Positions 50,837 through 63,966 of a stretch of DNA of 64,000 bases are shown piece after piece. The stretch is from Eledone cirrhosa (taxonomy: Eukaryota), in assembly GCA_964016885.1 (NCBI GenBank), contig OZ024743.1, forward strand, positions 197,346,001 through 197,410,000. Reading direction: 5' to 3'. A program made the position numbers and the translations under genes. The first letter of the stretch is position 1; each line of letters starts with the position of its first letter. The notes below the pieces were generated by a model, which was not told the origin of the DNA, ran no database searches, and saw nothing but the letters and a program-made list of their open reading frames with translations.

Positions 50837-52723
50837 AACCATCATGAGCTGGTTAATTCAGTGTGGTGTAAAGAGGTATTTGAACAAATACAGACTACAA
50901 ACACCGACACCAACACCAAGTTACCAACAAAAGCTTAAGTAACAGTAAAGGAATAAAAGTTTCTCCCAAAGGAAATCACCGGAAGCAGTTAGCTAGCTTC
51001 TTTCAGTGCATGCATTCTGTGGAAAGAATTAAAATTTTACAGCAATATTCTGATGCCTGTATTCGAGCTCACTGTAAGTATATAGCAACCAATTTGCCTT
51101 CTAGGGTTGTAGACAAGGTCAGAAAACGGATTCAGAAATCCAACAGTGAGAGGAAAAGGGAAAGTTTAAAAGGAAAAACAAAATGCTGTCTCTCAAAATA
51201 AAATAAAATAAAATAAAACAAATATTCATAAAAAAAAAATGAAACCCAAACCCAAACAGAAAAAAAAAGGCCTCAAAGCTGTTTCATAACTAACACTACC
51301 ATTAAAATGAATGAATGATGCAAGTAGTATGGAAACAAAAAGACACAGATCAACAAAACTAGATTAACTTCTTGCTATGATTAACATTTTTAGCATTCAC
51401 CAGAGAATAAAACAAGTTGTGTGAGCTATACAGCAAGAATGAGACAGATTCCACTCTTGCTGATACACAGAAAATATTAAATTGGCTACTGCTAAGGTTA
51501 TAGAAAATTCAGTTTAAAAAGTATCATTTGAAAGAATATATGACAAATATTTGCTTTTAACATAAATTTACGTATATAGCAGCAATATGTTGTACCTGGT
51601 GAGCTGAGTTCATACATTTGTTTCCCACTCTTAGTGTTGCCTAACATTAGATAATGTAGTGCTACCTAAGATTACTTTATTTAATGTACCCTAAAAAAAA
51701 TAACAATGTGGTAGTGGCATCTAAGACTACTTATCAAATGTACCCTTTAAAGAAATATGATACTACATAAGATTACATTATGTAATGTACACCCTTTTTT
51801 AACAAAACAATGTGGCAGTGATATTTATGACTACATGATCAAAAGTATCCCTTTTTAAAAAATACAGTTTGATTTGCGGGAAATTCAGCTGCTATTCTTG
51901 GCAGATCGAGTGACCCATGTAAATTTTATAACTTACACCAGTTGCTCTTGTTTAGTCTGAAGCCATCCTCAATCAAGCAGATCAATGGAGTTTCCAGCCA
52001 TGACCATCCTAACCTTTGCAGGGGTATTTAGAACAACATAACGGAACATATTTTCCCCTCTTTATAAGACCATGGGGCATGTGATTTGAAGAAGATATGG
52101 TGGCTATTTTGAGCAGGTCAAGCGACCAATTAGATGCTCCCTTGTTGACTAAATAGCTCACAGTAAGCATCAATGGTAGCAAAACAGTGGAAAATAGATT
52201 CACCAAGTATTTTAAGAGCATTCTACCTGATAGTTAGAACATTAAGAATTGATATATTTCAAATGGCAAAGTCTGTTATTTTATTTATTTATTTGCATGG
52301 GGAAGATAAATTGAAAGCTGTTTCACCTCAAGATGTTTTCATGTGAATATTTGCAGAACTCCTATTTTAGTGATAAAATTTAATCAAGTTTAAATCTTCC
52401 ATATTTTCTGAATTACCCATGCACAAATAATGTTAGGTTAAGTTTCATGGTAATGTTTTTTTTGTTTATTTTTTTTCGTTTATTTGTTGTTTTTGTTTTG
52501 TTTTCTTTATTATATATATATTTTTTTTTTTTTGGGGGGGGGCGGTCATGTTCAGCAGTAATAATAATGAATCTAACCAAGTTTTTAAGCAGGAACTAAA
52601 AATATAGATTACTAAGTTGGTTTCCTTAAAATCTAAAGCAGTTTAAATGCCAACTCTTTAGGCAAGCAACAGACCTTTTTTCATTTATTTTTTTGTAAAC
52701 ACAAAACAACTAAGACTATTATG

Positions 52724-52724
<1 letters not shown>

Positions 52725-52760
<36 letters not shown>

Positions 52761-52922
52761 TATATGTGTGTGTGTGTGTATATTTATATATATATGTGTG
52801 TGTATATTTGTGTGTATATATATATGTATATATATATATCTATACACACACACACACACAAATATATATTTATATATATATATATATATATATATCTATA
52901 CACACACACACACACAAATATA

Positions 52923-52980
<58 letters not shown>
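52725..52980. repeat. Compound (TA)n/(TG)n/(CA)n microsatellite
   Basis: Directly visible. Confidence 0.9.
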
Positions 52981-52981
<1 letters not shown>

Positions 52982-55178
52982 ATACATATATTTCAAATAA
53001 AAATAAAGAATTAATTCTTGGAGTTTACTTCAAGACTTCAGGATATTTTTTTTTCTAAACTTTTTAAAACAACTTTATCTTGTTCTAAAAGAGTAATGCA
53101 GTATGGCATTCCACAAGACTTTTCTTAGCTCAAGGTCACACATTTTAAGTAGAACCAGCATTAGTATGTTACAGATACATATTTTGGTGACCACCCACCT
53201 CCTCTCTGGCCTAGTGGTTACGGTGTCGAGCTCACAATCATATGGTTATGGGATTGATTTCTGGATTAGGCAACATGTGTTCCAGAGCAAGATGCTTCAT
53301 TTCATGTTACTTTTCATGATAGGACTGTGATCCCTATCATTAAAACACCTGAGAAACATATCAAATGCAACTTCTTAGGAGGCCAATGAAACCTGCATAG
53401 GTGTGAGCTGTAAATTTCATTTTTTCATTCACCCTCACCTCTCTAGAGCAGTGGTTCCCAATGTGGGTTCCACAGAACCCAAGGGTTCTGCAAAAGATTG
53501 TCTGGTGTTCCATGAAAAAAGGTAGAGGAGTATATTTATATTACTACCATATAACAATATTAGACTTTGGGGTCCCCCAAAAGTTTCTGAACCAAAAAAA
53601 GGTTCTGCCTTTGAAAAGGTAAAGGAATGAAAGGCTAAACTGACCCAGTAAGGTTCTCCTTACAAATTGACCTGAAACCATTTAACCTTATTGATACAAC
53701 CTACTCAAAATAAGCTATGGTTCTATGAAACAAAACCATCCATTTTAAAGGGTCCCTATTCAAATTTAAACCTTCTAACATAATTTCTGTTAGGTTATAT
53801 TACAAATACCAGCTTGATAATGAAATGAATAATAATTTCAACAAATCCCTTCAAATTTGTCATTAACTTTTAACATCCTGCAATGATTTAGCAGAAAATA
53901 TTTAAAAACAGGTTTGTAGTATATCTACAATTGGACAGATTGTTATGGAAATATACAGTATTAGAGTAAAAAAAATTAACTTATAATCTGATGCAGTCAC
54001 AGTGTGATTTTATACTTTTCAAGAATGTCTTGCTAAAATTAACTAAACATAACTAAAGCAGTATATATTGTCTAATATCAAGAAATACACATTTTCAACA
54101 CATCAACCATGGATATTTTATATGAAGTTCATTACCCAAGATATTTACTAAAACTGTTTGTCATTTTTTAAGCCTTTATCATTTACATTACTCTATATAT
54201 AATATTGTATTTTCGTAGTAAAGGCTTTATCTTACATAATATTGAATCTATGAGATTTTGATATTATTTATTTTGAGAACAATACCTTCACATTGGTATG
54301 AACAGCCAATTACAACTGGTTTGAACAGAAATAAGTCAGAGAATTCTGGCCGGATACGGCCTGTTTAAATGCCTGAAACCAGCTGTGGTTCTAGGAAACA
54401 AAACCATCCATTTTAAAATATAATCTTACAACATAATTTTATATAAGAATCACACGTTAAGTTACTATCTTAGTAATTAAATAATTAATAATTTTTGTAA
54501 ATCCCTTAAAATTCTGGACTTATTAATTTTCATTAGAAATAATGTCATGAAAGAGTTAAAATAGTAATGTATTTGATATTTTTGTTGTGAAATGACCATA
54601 TACAGGTTTCATGATTAGTTTGCTTTGTTTTGTGACAGCTACATAGACAGATAATCAGACAATAAATATATAGACAAATGGACAAAGAAACAGCTAGTAG
54701 AATAGATGGAATGACTGGAAGATGAATGAATTGACTGATGGACAGATAGTTTGATAGACAGATATAGATAGATATATTAGACAAACAGACAGATAGATGC
54801 TTATATAATCATATTATTTTAGTCAGTAAACAGTGGCCATGCTGGAGTACAACCTTCAAAAGTATTGTATTGACCTCGGAAAGAGAAAAGACAAGATCGA
54901 CAATCAAATACCACAAGGTATTTTTTCAATATAAGGACATCATGATTCTCCCCAAATATAACAATATCTGTTTCAACACACAATTTCATGAAAAACCTTA
55001 TAAAACAAATACATATAAAATTGAACTTACCAGAAAACTGGAAGACTGTCTTGAGAACCATGTTTGACCAGTAAAGCGTAACAAATTAAGAGAACTCTGA
55101 GGAGAAAAATAAGAATGAAAAACTATTTAAATGGAGAGAAAAATTTACACTTGAACATTATTTTTCAAAATGAATTAA

Positions 55179-55349
55179 CCCTTTAGCATTTAAACCAGCC
55201 ATATCCGGCCAGAATTCTCTCAACTCTTTCTGTTCAAACCGGCCATAACCGGTTGTTTATCAAAATCTTGTAACTTCAATATTATGTGAGATAAAGCCTT
55301 TACTGTGAAAATACAATAGTAAATATAGAGTAATGTAAATGCTAAAGGG
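55179..55349. mobile_element. TTAA-flanked MITE
   Basis: TTAA|CCCTTTAGCATTTA...TAAATGCTAAAGGG|TTAA. Confidence 0.8.
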
Positions 55350-55582
55350 TTAAATATGTTGTGATTAATGAAGGAATTAATATAAGAATTCAAATGAAGT
55401 TTATAGTATGGAATATCATATATACACGAATATAAGCCGAGGAAATTGATGGTAAAATGGGAGGTTGGCTTATATACACCATCTATACAATGTGTTAACT
55501 ACCTCGGTTTGTAAATGGGATTTGGATTTTTTCCTATTTTTCAGACATAAAATAGGTACATTAGCTTATAATTGAGTATAAA

Positions 55583-56478
55583 CGAGGTGTGTCAGAAAAG
55601 TTCCAGGACTGATGTCACAAAAGATTTATTTCAAACCCAAACTTCACACTAAGAGTTTTCTCCTTCAAAGTAATCCCCCTGGAGTCTAATGCACTTTTCC
55701 ATCCTTTTCTACCATGTTTGCATGCACTCCTGGAAGGATTCTTCCGGGATCCTCCGCAGTTCCGTCATCACGGCCTTTTTGATGTCGTCCACGTCTTCAA
55801 AACGGGTCCACTCCGGGTTGTACTCGAAGATCCATGACTTATCACCGGTGATGACTGTCCCTAGCAAGTCTGGTTCGGTTTCAAGATGCTCGAGGATGTC
55901 CTGGCACACTTGCATGCGTCGACCCTTCTGGTCATCGTTCAGCAGTTTTGGCACCATCTTCGTGCAGACTTTTCGCATGTCCAAATCTTCAGTGAGAATC
56001 TTCCAGACGCTGTCCCGATTCATGCCCAGCTCATTTACCATCAGTCGAACAGTCAGCCGACGATCGCTACGTACCATCTGCCCAACGCGCTCAACGATGA
56101 CCTCAGTGATGGTTGTTGAGGGCCTTCCGCTCCTGGGGTCATCTTCCACGTCCTCGCGTCCTTCTTTAAACCTCTTGCACCTCTCAATAACATGTGAGCA
56201 TGACATCGTCTCATCTCCATACACTTGCTGCAGCAATCCCAGTGCTTCTGATGGAGTTTTCAAGTTTGTTCGTTGCTCTGTACTCATTGCTTGACGACCT
56301 GAAACAAAGGACATATATATAAAATTGTGAAGAAAAAAGTTTGATCGCTGCAGAGAGCTAAGATTACAGTTACATACTCCAGGGCGATTACTTTGAAGGA
56401 GATAACTCTTAGTGTGAAGTTTGGGTTTGAAATAAATCTTTAGTGACATCAGTCCTGGAACTTTTCTGACACACCTCG
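55583..56478 (-). mobile_element. Mariner element, internally deleted, ~103-bp TIRs
   Basis: TIRs 55583-55685 and 56376-56478 (CGAGGTGTGTCAGAAAAGTTCC...). TA at the right flank (left flank reads AA). Confidence 0.9.
55709..56287 (-). pseudogene. Mariner transposase lacking most of the catalytic domain
   Basis: MSTEQRTNLK, VYGD, EDDPRSGRP, VPKLL, ITGD(K)SWIFEY, fused in frame to C-terminal RFEDVDDIK. Confidence 0.88.
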
Positions 56479-56624
56479 TACATTAAGTGTTGAGTTTTAT
56501 GTATGCATGGAAACATAATTCCTAATGGAGTTGTAGGAGTATAGTCATGACATACAGTGTGTGTTGGTCATTTTAAACCTTGTAGAAGTTGGGTGTTAAT
56601 ATGATGTATTTTATTGTATAGGGA

Positions 56625-57018
56625 ACTAAAATAATTGTTTCTACTTTTAGCACAAGGCCAGCAATTACCCAGTGCATTACTGGTACTTTATTTTATCGAC
56701 CTCGCAAGGATGAAAGGTAAAGTTAACTTCGGCGGGATTTGAACTCAGATCATGAAAGGCCGTAACTCTATGCTGCAAACCATGGCATCCAACCCTCTAC
56801 CGATACTGCCAATCCACTAAAATAATTGTTTCTACGTTTTGGCACAAGGCCAGCAATTACCCAGTGCATTACTGGTACTTTATTTTATCGACTAGTAAGG
56901 ATGAAAGGCAAAGTTAACTTTGGCAAGATTTGAACTCAGAATGGCAAGGGCCGTAACTCTATACGTCAAAGCATGGCGTCTGACCCTCTACCGATACTGC
57001 CAATCCACTAAAATAATA
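56625..57018 (-). mobile_element. Tandem pair of S2 SINEs
   Basis: Two copies of about 190 bp, separated and flanked by ACTAAAATAAT. Confidence 0.85.
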
Positions 57019-57886
57019 CATAGTAATTATATTTACAATATGTACAAGTTTATTTCTACATTTCCAAGAATAGCTTTTTGAACCTACCCAATTTAGCTTA
57101 TATGGGATAATTATTGAAGTAATTTATATATAGATAGATATATACTCTATTGGTTACATGACTGTCAGTAGCTTTATTTTTTATAATGGCTATCAGAATA
57201 GTCAATATTTGGATCAGTCTATTCCAGAAGCAAATAATTCAATTTTGTCCTTGGAGAAATACATCTGTTGAAGCAGGTTCAAATCAGGTAGTTCAACAAT
57301 ACTTAGATACTGAAAACATTTTTATACAAATGAAATCAAGTTGCAAAGAAATTGTTTTAGTGGAAAAGTTGATTAACATTTCCATTAATATATTTCTAAT
57401 AAAAAAATAAAAAAACACGGCATATGATTTTTAGTTAATTTTGTAAATAATCAATCATTTGGAAAGATTTAGTAGAATATCTAACTTAACCATTATTAAG
57501 CTGGTGTGAGGGTGGTGGATTGGTAGAATTGTGAGAGCATTGGATAACAATCTCTGTGGCATTTGTTCTTGCTCTTTACATCCTGGGTCCAAATCCCACC
57601 AAGCTCACCTTTCTGAAGTTGATTAAAATAAAGTACCAGTAATGCACTGAGGTCAATTTAATTGACTTTCCCTTCCCCACCAAATTGTTTACCTTGAGTC
57701 TGAATCAGAAATCATTATTAAGCTGGTGTTTGAATTATGACTTATCAAAGGTTCTTACAAAAATTATCACGGAAGGTTTTGGATAAATCTAAACACTTAA
57801 AAATAACCAATTTTTATCACAGCACCAAGGGCAGTTTCAGGTTGTTTAGTGTTAAAAGAGATAATGTGCTGATATATATATATATA

Positions 57887-58032
57887 TAATGTATAATAAA
57901 CAATACAATATAATTACCTCATTACCAGAGGTTTCCCGAATAAGACGAATACAAGAAACGTCCGCATTTGTTCGTCAGACAGGGAAACCTCTGGTAATGA
58001 GGTAATTATATTGTATTGTTTATTATACATTA
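57887..58032. repeat. 51-bp inverted repeat (44-bp spacer) with hammerhead core
   Basis: Arms 57887-57937 and 57982-58032. Each arm holds GAAA-CCTC TGGTAAT GAGG-TA; CTGACGA lies on the minus strand in the spacer (57978-57972). Confidence 0.85.
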
Positions 58033-59019
58033 AATTTAACTCTGTAACTTACATAGAGCACTCTTCCCTCCTATGACTTTTTCAATTTTCAACGGAAACT
58101 TCAATACTTATATATATATAATATATATCAGTTATGAATAATTATGTAGTGGCTGATTATAAATTTAAATGGGAAGTCAAATTGTGTGGACACCTGTACA
58201 AATTAGAGTTGTAGCCAAAATGTAATTTTCCCTTTAATATTTTTCAATATAATAATATTAGTTTCTTACAAGGCCACAAAGTTTATTTTTCATAAGGAGA
58301 GGTTTAATTGATTGTAGCAACTCTTGTATATTACTGGTAAACGCAAAGTTTGCACTGGTGAAATTTAACTCACAATACAGAAAGCTAAATGTAAATACTC
58401 CTCAACTATTAACCATTTTGATACCAGCTTGGCCAAAAACAATCCTGGTTCTATGAAAGAAAACCATCCATTTCAAACAATTCCTATATAAATTCATATC
58501 TTCCAACATGATATTATACAAGAACCATCATCATCATGGTTTAATGTCTATCTTCCACTTGAAGCAAGATTGATCAGGTGACTGTGTCTCACTCATATAG
58601 AACTGTATCTGGCAGGTTTTCTATGGCTGGATGCCCTTCCTAACACCATATTTTAAATTATCATACCAGGAACGAAATAATCATTTGAGTAAATCTTTCA
58701 AAATTCTGCATTAATTAATTGAAATAGAGTATATTTCATTATAAATACGGTAATGAAAGAGTTAACCTGTTGGTATGCTAAACCCACTTTCTCTCATTTC
58801 CACCTCTACCATAATAATTTCTATTCATCTTTATGTAAGCATTCATGTGTCCTCCTTATAATGTAATACATACTGTATCTCACCCAGTAGACGCTACACA
58901 ATATTTTGTACAGTCCAGTCTTTGCATAACTGCAACTTTTAGAACTATATCTGTTTTTCAGAAAGTTGAGAGGCAAATTTGCATTAACCCTTTAGCATTT
59001 AAACTGGGTTAAAGTCTGT

Positions 59020-59272
59020 CACAAGCTCAGAGGCTTATCAAACCAGAACTTATACCAGTTTCATTGCTGTTGAGCAAGTGAGAGTACAAGACAGGATACC
59101 TGTCCACTGCAAGGTTAACCCCAAGCTGCTACAGATACTAATTTTCAGCTGAGTTGACTGGATCAACATGAAATGAAGTGTTTTGCTCAAGAACACAATG
59201 CACCACCAAGTCAAGGAATTGAACGCACAACATTATGATCACAAGCCCAATACCTTAACCGCTAAGCCACAT
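59020..59272 (-). mobile_element. S1-related older SINE
   Basis: GTGGCTTAGCGG A box, GTTCAATTCC B box, TTCTTGAGCAAAACACTT domain. Confidence 0.65.
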
Positions 59273-60689
59273 ACTTTTTCAAGGACCGCTTCCCTCGCAA
59301 AGGAAAATTTAAGAGAAGATGGTAAAGAAATCAATACGCAATATCAGATGAAAAGATATAGCCATATAGCAAACATGTGTTGTAATGGAGATAAAAGTAA
59401 ACTTTTCCAAAACTCAGGATATAGAGAAAGTTTTAGTAGTTCTATCTTAAACATTCATCAGTTTTTATATTCTTTCAGCTGTTTCTGTACAGTATTTCTT
59501 CTTCTATCTTATTGTTCTTACTCTTCTCTTCTCTTAATCTGCTAATTTGGTAATAGTTTTATACTCTCTTCATATTTAAAGTCTTCTCCTGGACTGTCAT
59601 TTGTTTTGTTTTGGGGTTTTTTTTTGTGTTAGTTTTTTTTTCTGGGGGTGGGTTTGTATGTAATTTTTTTCTTATTTTGAGATTGTATGTATTTTTTTTT
59701 GGGAAAGGGGGGTTATTTATATGTAATTTTTTCTTAGATTTTGTACGTACTTTATTTTCTGTAGAGGAGGGAATATTAGTATGTAATTTTTTCGTTATTT
59801 TGAGATTTTTTATGTACTTTATTATTTTTTTTTAGGGGGGGGGGGGGGTCTTCTCCATGTAACCTAAAAGGCTTCTGAAAGATCTTTCAAACCTTTATTC
59901 TGTGAGTTAAAACAGACAGAAGAAAGGAAAGAGAAATATATATAAAAAGAAAAATGTGGCAGAAAAAGGTGACAAATACGAAATATAAAACTGAAAAGGA
60001 GGGCGGAAGGGGTTTTATATTCTGTGTAAAACAAATAAATAAGTAAATATGTGTTTCTTGTTTAACTGTTGTGCAAGTTGTTGTAATTATGGGTTTTTTC
60101 CTTACTGATGTTGTTGTTTGTAAGATGAGCAGATATACAGCATGGGTTTAGTTGATCAAACATTTACTATGGGTAGGGGTAGGTATTGCCACACACCTGG
60201 TATGAACGAGTCTGGTTTTGGATAACCCTATATATTCTGTCATCTTGGGAACATTTTTTTTTGTTCCTCTCTCACTCTCTCCCACTTTCTCTCTCTGCCC
60301 ACCCCCACTTTTTTTCTCTCCCTCTTGATATTTTATGCAAAAGTTGCAGTGGGTGGTGATGAGGATAAATATGGCAATGATGATGAACACTATTACAATG
60401 ATGGTGATAATGATGATGAATTAAAACTATATTACATAGACATTTCTGACCTCAATTCTAAACATATAAACAATTTAGATCATTCCTCAGTTAGATAAGT
60501 TAGTCAGAGGAGAGGGGGGAGGGGCTGTCCCCTATAAACCTTTGCAGGCCCTCACTATGTTACAGTATCATATTTAACTCTTTGTTACTTTTTTCTGAGC
60601 CTTGAAGAATCTTAGTACTGAGATGGATTTAATATTAGGATATCTGCAGTTAAAATTATAAACTTTGCTGTGAAAACAAACAAATGCAA

Positions 60690-60735
60690 GTATTTACATG
60701 TTTCACAGCTATTGGCTGTTCATCAGGCAAGTACC
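60690..60735 (-). ncRNA. Hammerhead-like core, stem I unresolved
   Basis: CTGATGA-ACAGC CAATA GCTGT-GAAAC AT GTA; perfect stem II but no convincing stem I. Confidence 0.4.
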
Positions 60736-60859
60736 ATAATTTTCTGTCCACAAAGAGAACACTAGAAAATAGCTATTAATATCAAACACAAACCAGGACT
60801 CAGTAGGAATAGTCAAGTCTGATTAACATACCATGCATTTATTGGGGGAATAATTTATT

Positions 60860-61190
60860 AGAAAATCAGCTCTGAGATCAGAGAGTCACTCCAGGTAGAG
60901 CCACTACTTCTCCGAATTGAGAGATCACAGCTCCAATATTATGGGCATGTGGTTAGAATGTCTCAGAAAAAAATTGCTGGACAGATTTTACAGGCAGAAC
61001 CAACTGGTTGAAGACCAAGGGGTAGACCCTGAGCAAGATGTTTGGATAACATCCATGAACTTGGCTGGTCATGCTTGAGGATCCAGCCGTATCAGTTGGA
61101 GACGGTTGCTTTTGACAGGACCTGCTGGAAGGAATGTTTGAGGACTCTGGCCCCACGACCCTCTCAGAAATAAGTGGGCGAAGAAGAAGG
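60860..61190 (+). mobile_element. 3' fragment of a third, older RTE family
   Basis: Translates as LLLRIERSQLQYYGHVVRM..RPRGRP..LDNIHELGW..DR..W..L..L.PRP. Related pieces at about 62495-62665 and 33860-33915. Confidence 0.7.
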
Positions 61191-61319
61191 GATAAATCTA
61201 ATGTAAGGACACTCAAAACAATATTTGATTAAAGCTATTTATGATTAAAACAAGAGCAATTGAATAAAGTATAATTTCATTTTAAAATAGCCAGAAAAAC
61301 AAGAGAAATAATAATATAA

Positions 61320-62400
61320 TTCAAAATGAACCTCCACCCTCCTCCCATGAGCACAGGCTGAAGCATACATCTCCATGTCTTAACACACACCCATATACTC
61401 ACCACCCTCATCCCACCAAAACCCCCAGTCCACAATGTAAAGTGGTTGTGATGGCGACACAACAAAAAGTGCCCAGCCCACATGTAAAGTGGTCATGTAA
61501 GTGTCACAACAAAAAGAGCACACCCCGCACTGTAAAGTAGTCATGTAGGTGTCACGACAGAAAGTACCTAGTACTCACTGTAAATGTGGTTGGCATTAAG
61601 AAGGGCATCCAGTCATAGAAACTAAGCCAAAATCAGTTCTGTATGAGCAAGACATGGTCATCTGACCAAGACTTGGCTCAACTAGGACCAACCCGTCTAA
61701 CCTATGCTAAACGATGATGATGATAATGAACCCTTTCCTTACTATGTTTCTAGTGATATACATTATCATCATTATCATTTAATGTTCGTTTTCCCGATTA
61801 GCAAGGGTCGAACACTATATTTCAATTAATTACTGTAAAATTTGGAAGTATTTTCTAAATTGATTAATTATTTCATTATCATAGTATTTGTAACAAATAG
61901 TCCTTGTGATGTGTATGAAGGATGACAGCTGCATAAAAAAGAGCAGAGCACTAAGAGTTGATGGAAGCCTTGGGGTGGGGAGACCCAAGAAGACCTGGGA
62001 TGAGGTGATAAAAGCTGACCTTGCACCCATTTGCACCTCTCAAAGGCGATGACACAGGATTGTGAGCTCTGGTGTCACACAGTAATACAGAGGACTCGAC
62101 TTCCCACGGGTTCAAGCCAAAGCTGAAGCATATATATACAATATGCCCCCACTCCCTCCCACTGGTCGTGGAGGAGTAATGACAAAAAAGCATCCAGCCC
62201 ACACTGTAAAATGGTCGTGTAGGCACCACGGTAAAAAAAGCACCCAGCACTCACTGTAAATAAGGTTGGTGTTAGGAAGGGCATCCAGCTGTAGAAATCA
62301 AGCCAAAATCAGTTCCCATAAGAGTAAGACAAGGTCACCCGACCTGGCATTGCCCACAACATCTGTCGAAGAACGGACGTAAAACGGTGATGATGATGAT
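61320..62400 (+). mobile_element. Two diverged RTE 3' ends (61320-61730 and 61905-62400)
   Basis: MKDDSCIKK.RAL..GRPKKTWDEVIK and AGGAAGGGCATCCAG tails. Confidence 0.75.
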
Positions 62401-63229
62401 GAGTCCTTATATAAAATTATCATCATCGTATAACATCCATTTTCCATTCTACAGGATGTTAATATAAACATAAAGCCAGATTTTATGTGCAAAGCTAACC
62501 AGCAAGAGACTCAGAGGTAGACCATGAGCATGATGGTTATATAACATTCATGAGCTTGGTTGGTCTCGATTGGGGATCCAGCTAGATGAAGTGGAGATGG
62601 TTGCTCCTGATAGGACCCTCTAGAAGGCATGCCTGAACACTCTGTAGCCATGACCATTCCAAGGAGGAGGAGGGGGAAGAGTTTAAAATGAATAATTTTG
62701 TTTCATAGAACCAGAGCAGAGTTTGGTATCAAAAAGGTTAAAAACCCAAAACCCAAGAGAAACATTATTTTGCCCAAGAAATGTTGTCACAACACCAATC
62801 TCAACATAAACAGTGAAACTCCCAGTTATAAAGTATTACAAAGAAAAATAAAACGAAAACAACCCAAAAAACTTTGATCTCTTTTAATGTCAATGATTGC
62901 AGTATGGCTAAGTTGAGTTTGGTCACCATTGTACACCTATAGTTTGCTATCTTATTAAGTCAGAAAATTTGTTATAAAGAGATAAAAAAAAAAAATGGGG
63001 GAAAGAAAATGAGGAAAAAAAATCATAATTAAATATATACTTTAAAATAAATTTATAGCACATTTGGTTTCTTTACTTTTCTTCATTCTTATTGAAGAAT
63101 AAACTAAGTAAAGACAGAATTTCTAAGAAAGGGATTCTGAATTTTGCTTGGGAAACATTTCTTATGAAGAAGGGAATTAAAATTCTAGAGTAACTGCATA
63201 AAAATTTGAATATATATATATAAAGATAT

Positions 63230-63288
<59 letters not shown>

Positions 63289-63923
63289 TATATGCGTGTG
63301 TGTGTGTATGTGGCATAGACCAAAACTCTCTACATATTAAGGAATTTCTTTTGACACAGGAAGCATTGAGAATATATAAGGATTATTCCGTCAATCTCAA
63401 GACATTTTCTATTGAAAACATTTCAAACATTATCAAAAATGAACTTCTCTATCAAACAGGAATTTCAGGATATTTTCTCTGTTGGGAGTTACAGAATTTT
63501 GAAACTAGAAAGCTATTTATTTATTTATGTATTAATTTATTTAATTTTTTTTTTACAAATATTTTATTTTTTTATATTCAATTTTAATTTTTTTTTTTTT
63601 TTTTATATATATATTCATTTTATTTTACTTTTTTTTCTACAAAGATTTTTAACAAGAGGTATTATTATATTTTGGCTTTTGAAATAAGTGAGTAATTCTA
63701 AAGCTTCTGCTCACAACAAAATGTACCCAGTACTACAAGAGAGAGGCATATGAATAAGTTGTGGCAGAAGAAAGGACCACCACATTTAGCCTTCACCCTA
63801 TTTAATTGCCAATAAATCACACAAAAGAACAAACTTTACATAAGTGAATATCTCTCGCAAGTAAGTATATTATATGTCTGTCTATGAAAGAGTGTACATA
63901 CAACACATATATATGTATGTATG

Positions 63924-63966
<43 letters not shown>

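Noticed and set aside
4538-53014. Numerous ORFs rich in YI/CV/HT
   Set aside because: Translations of (TA)n, (TG)n and (CA)n microsatellites, which lack stop codons.
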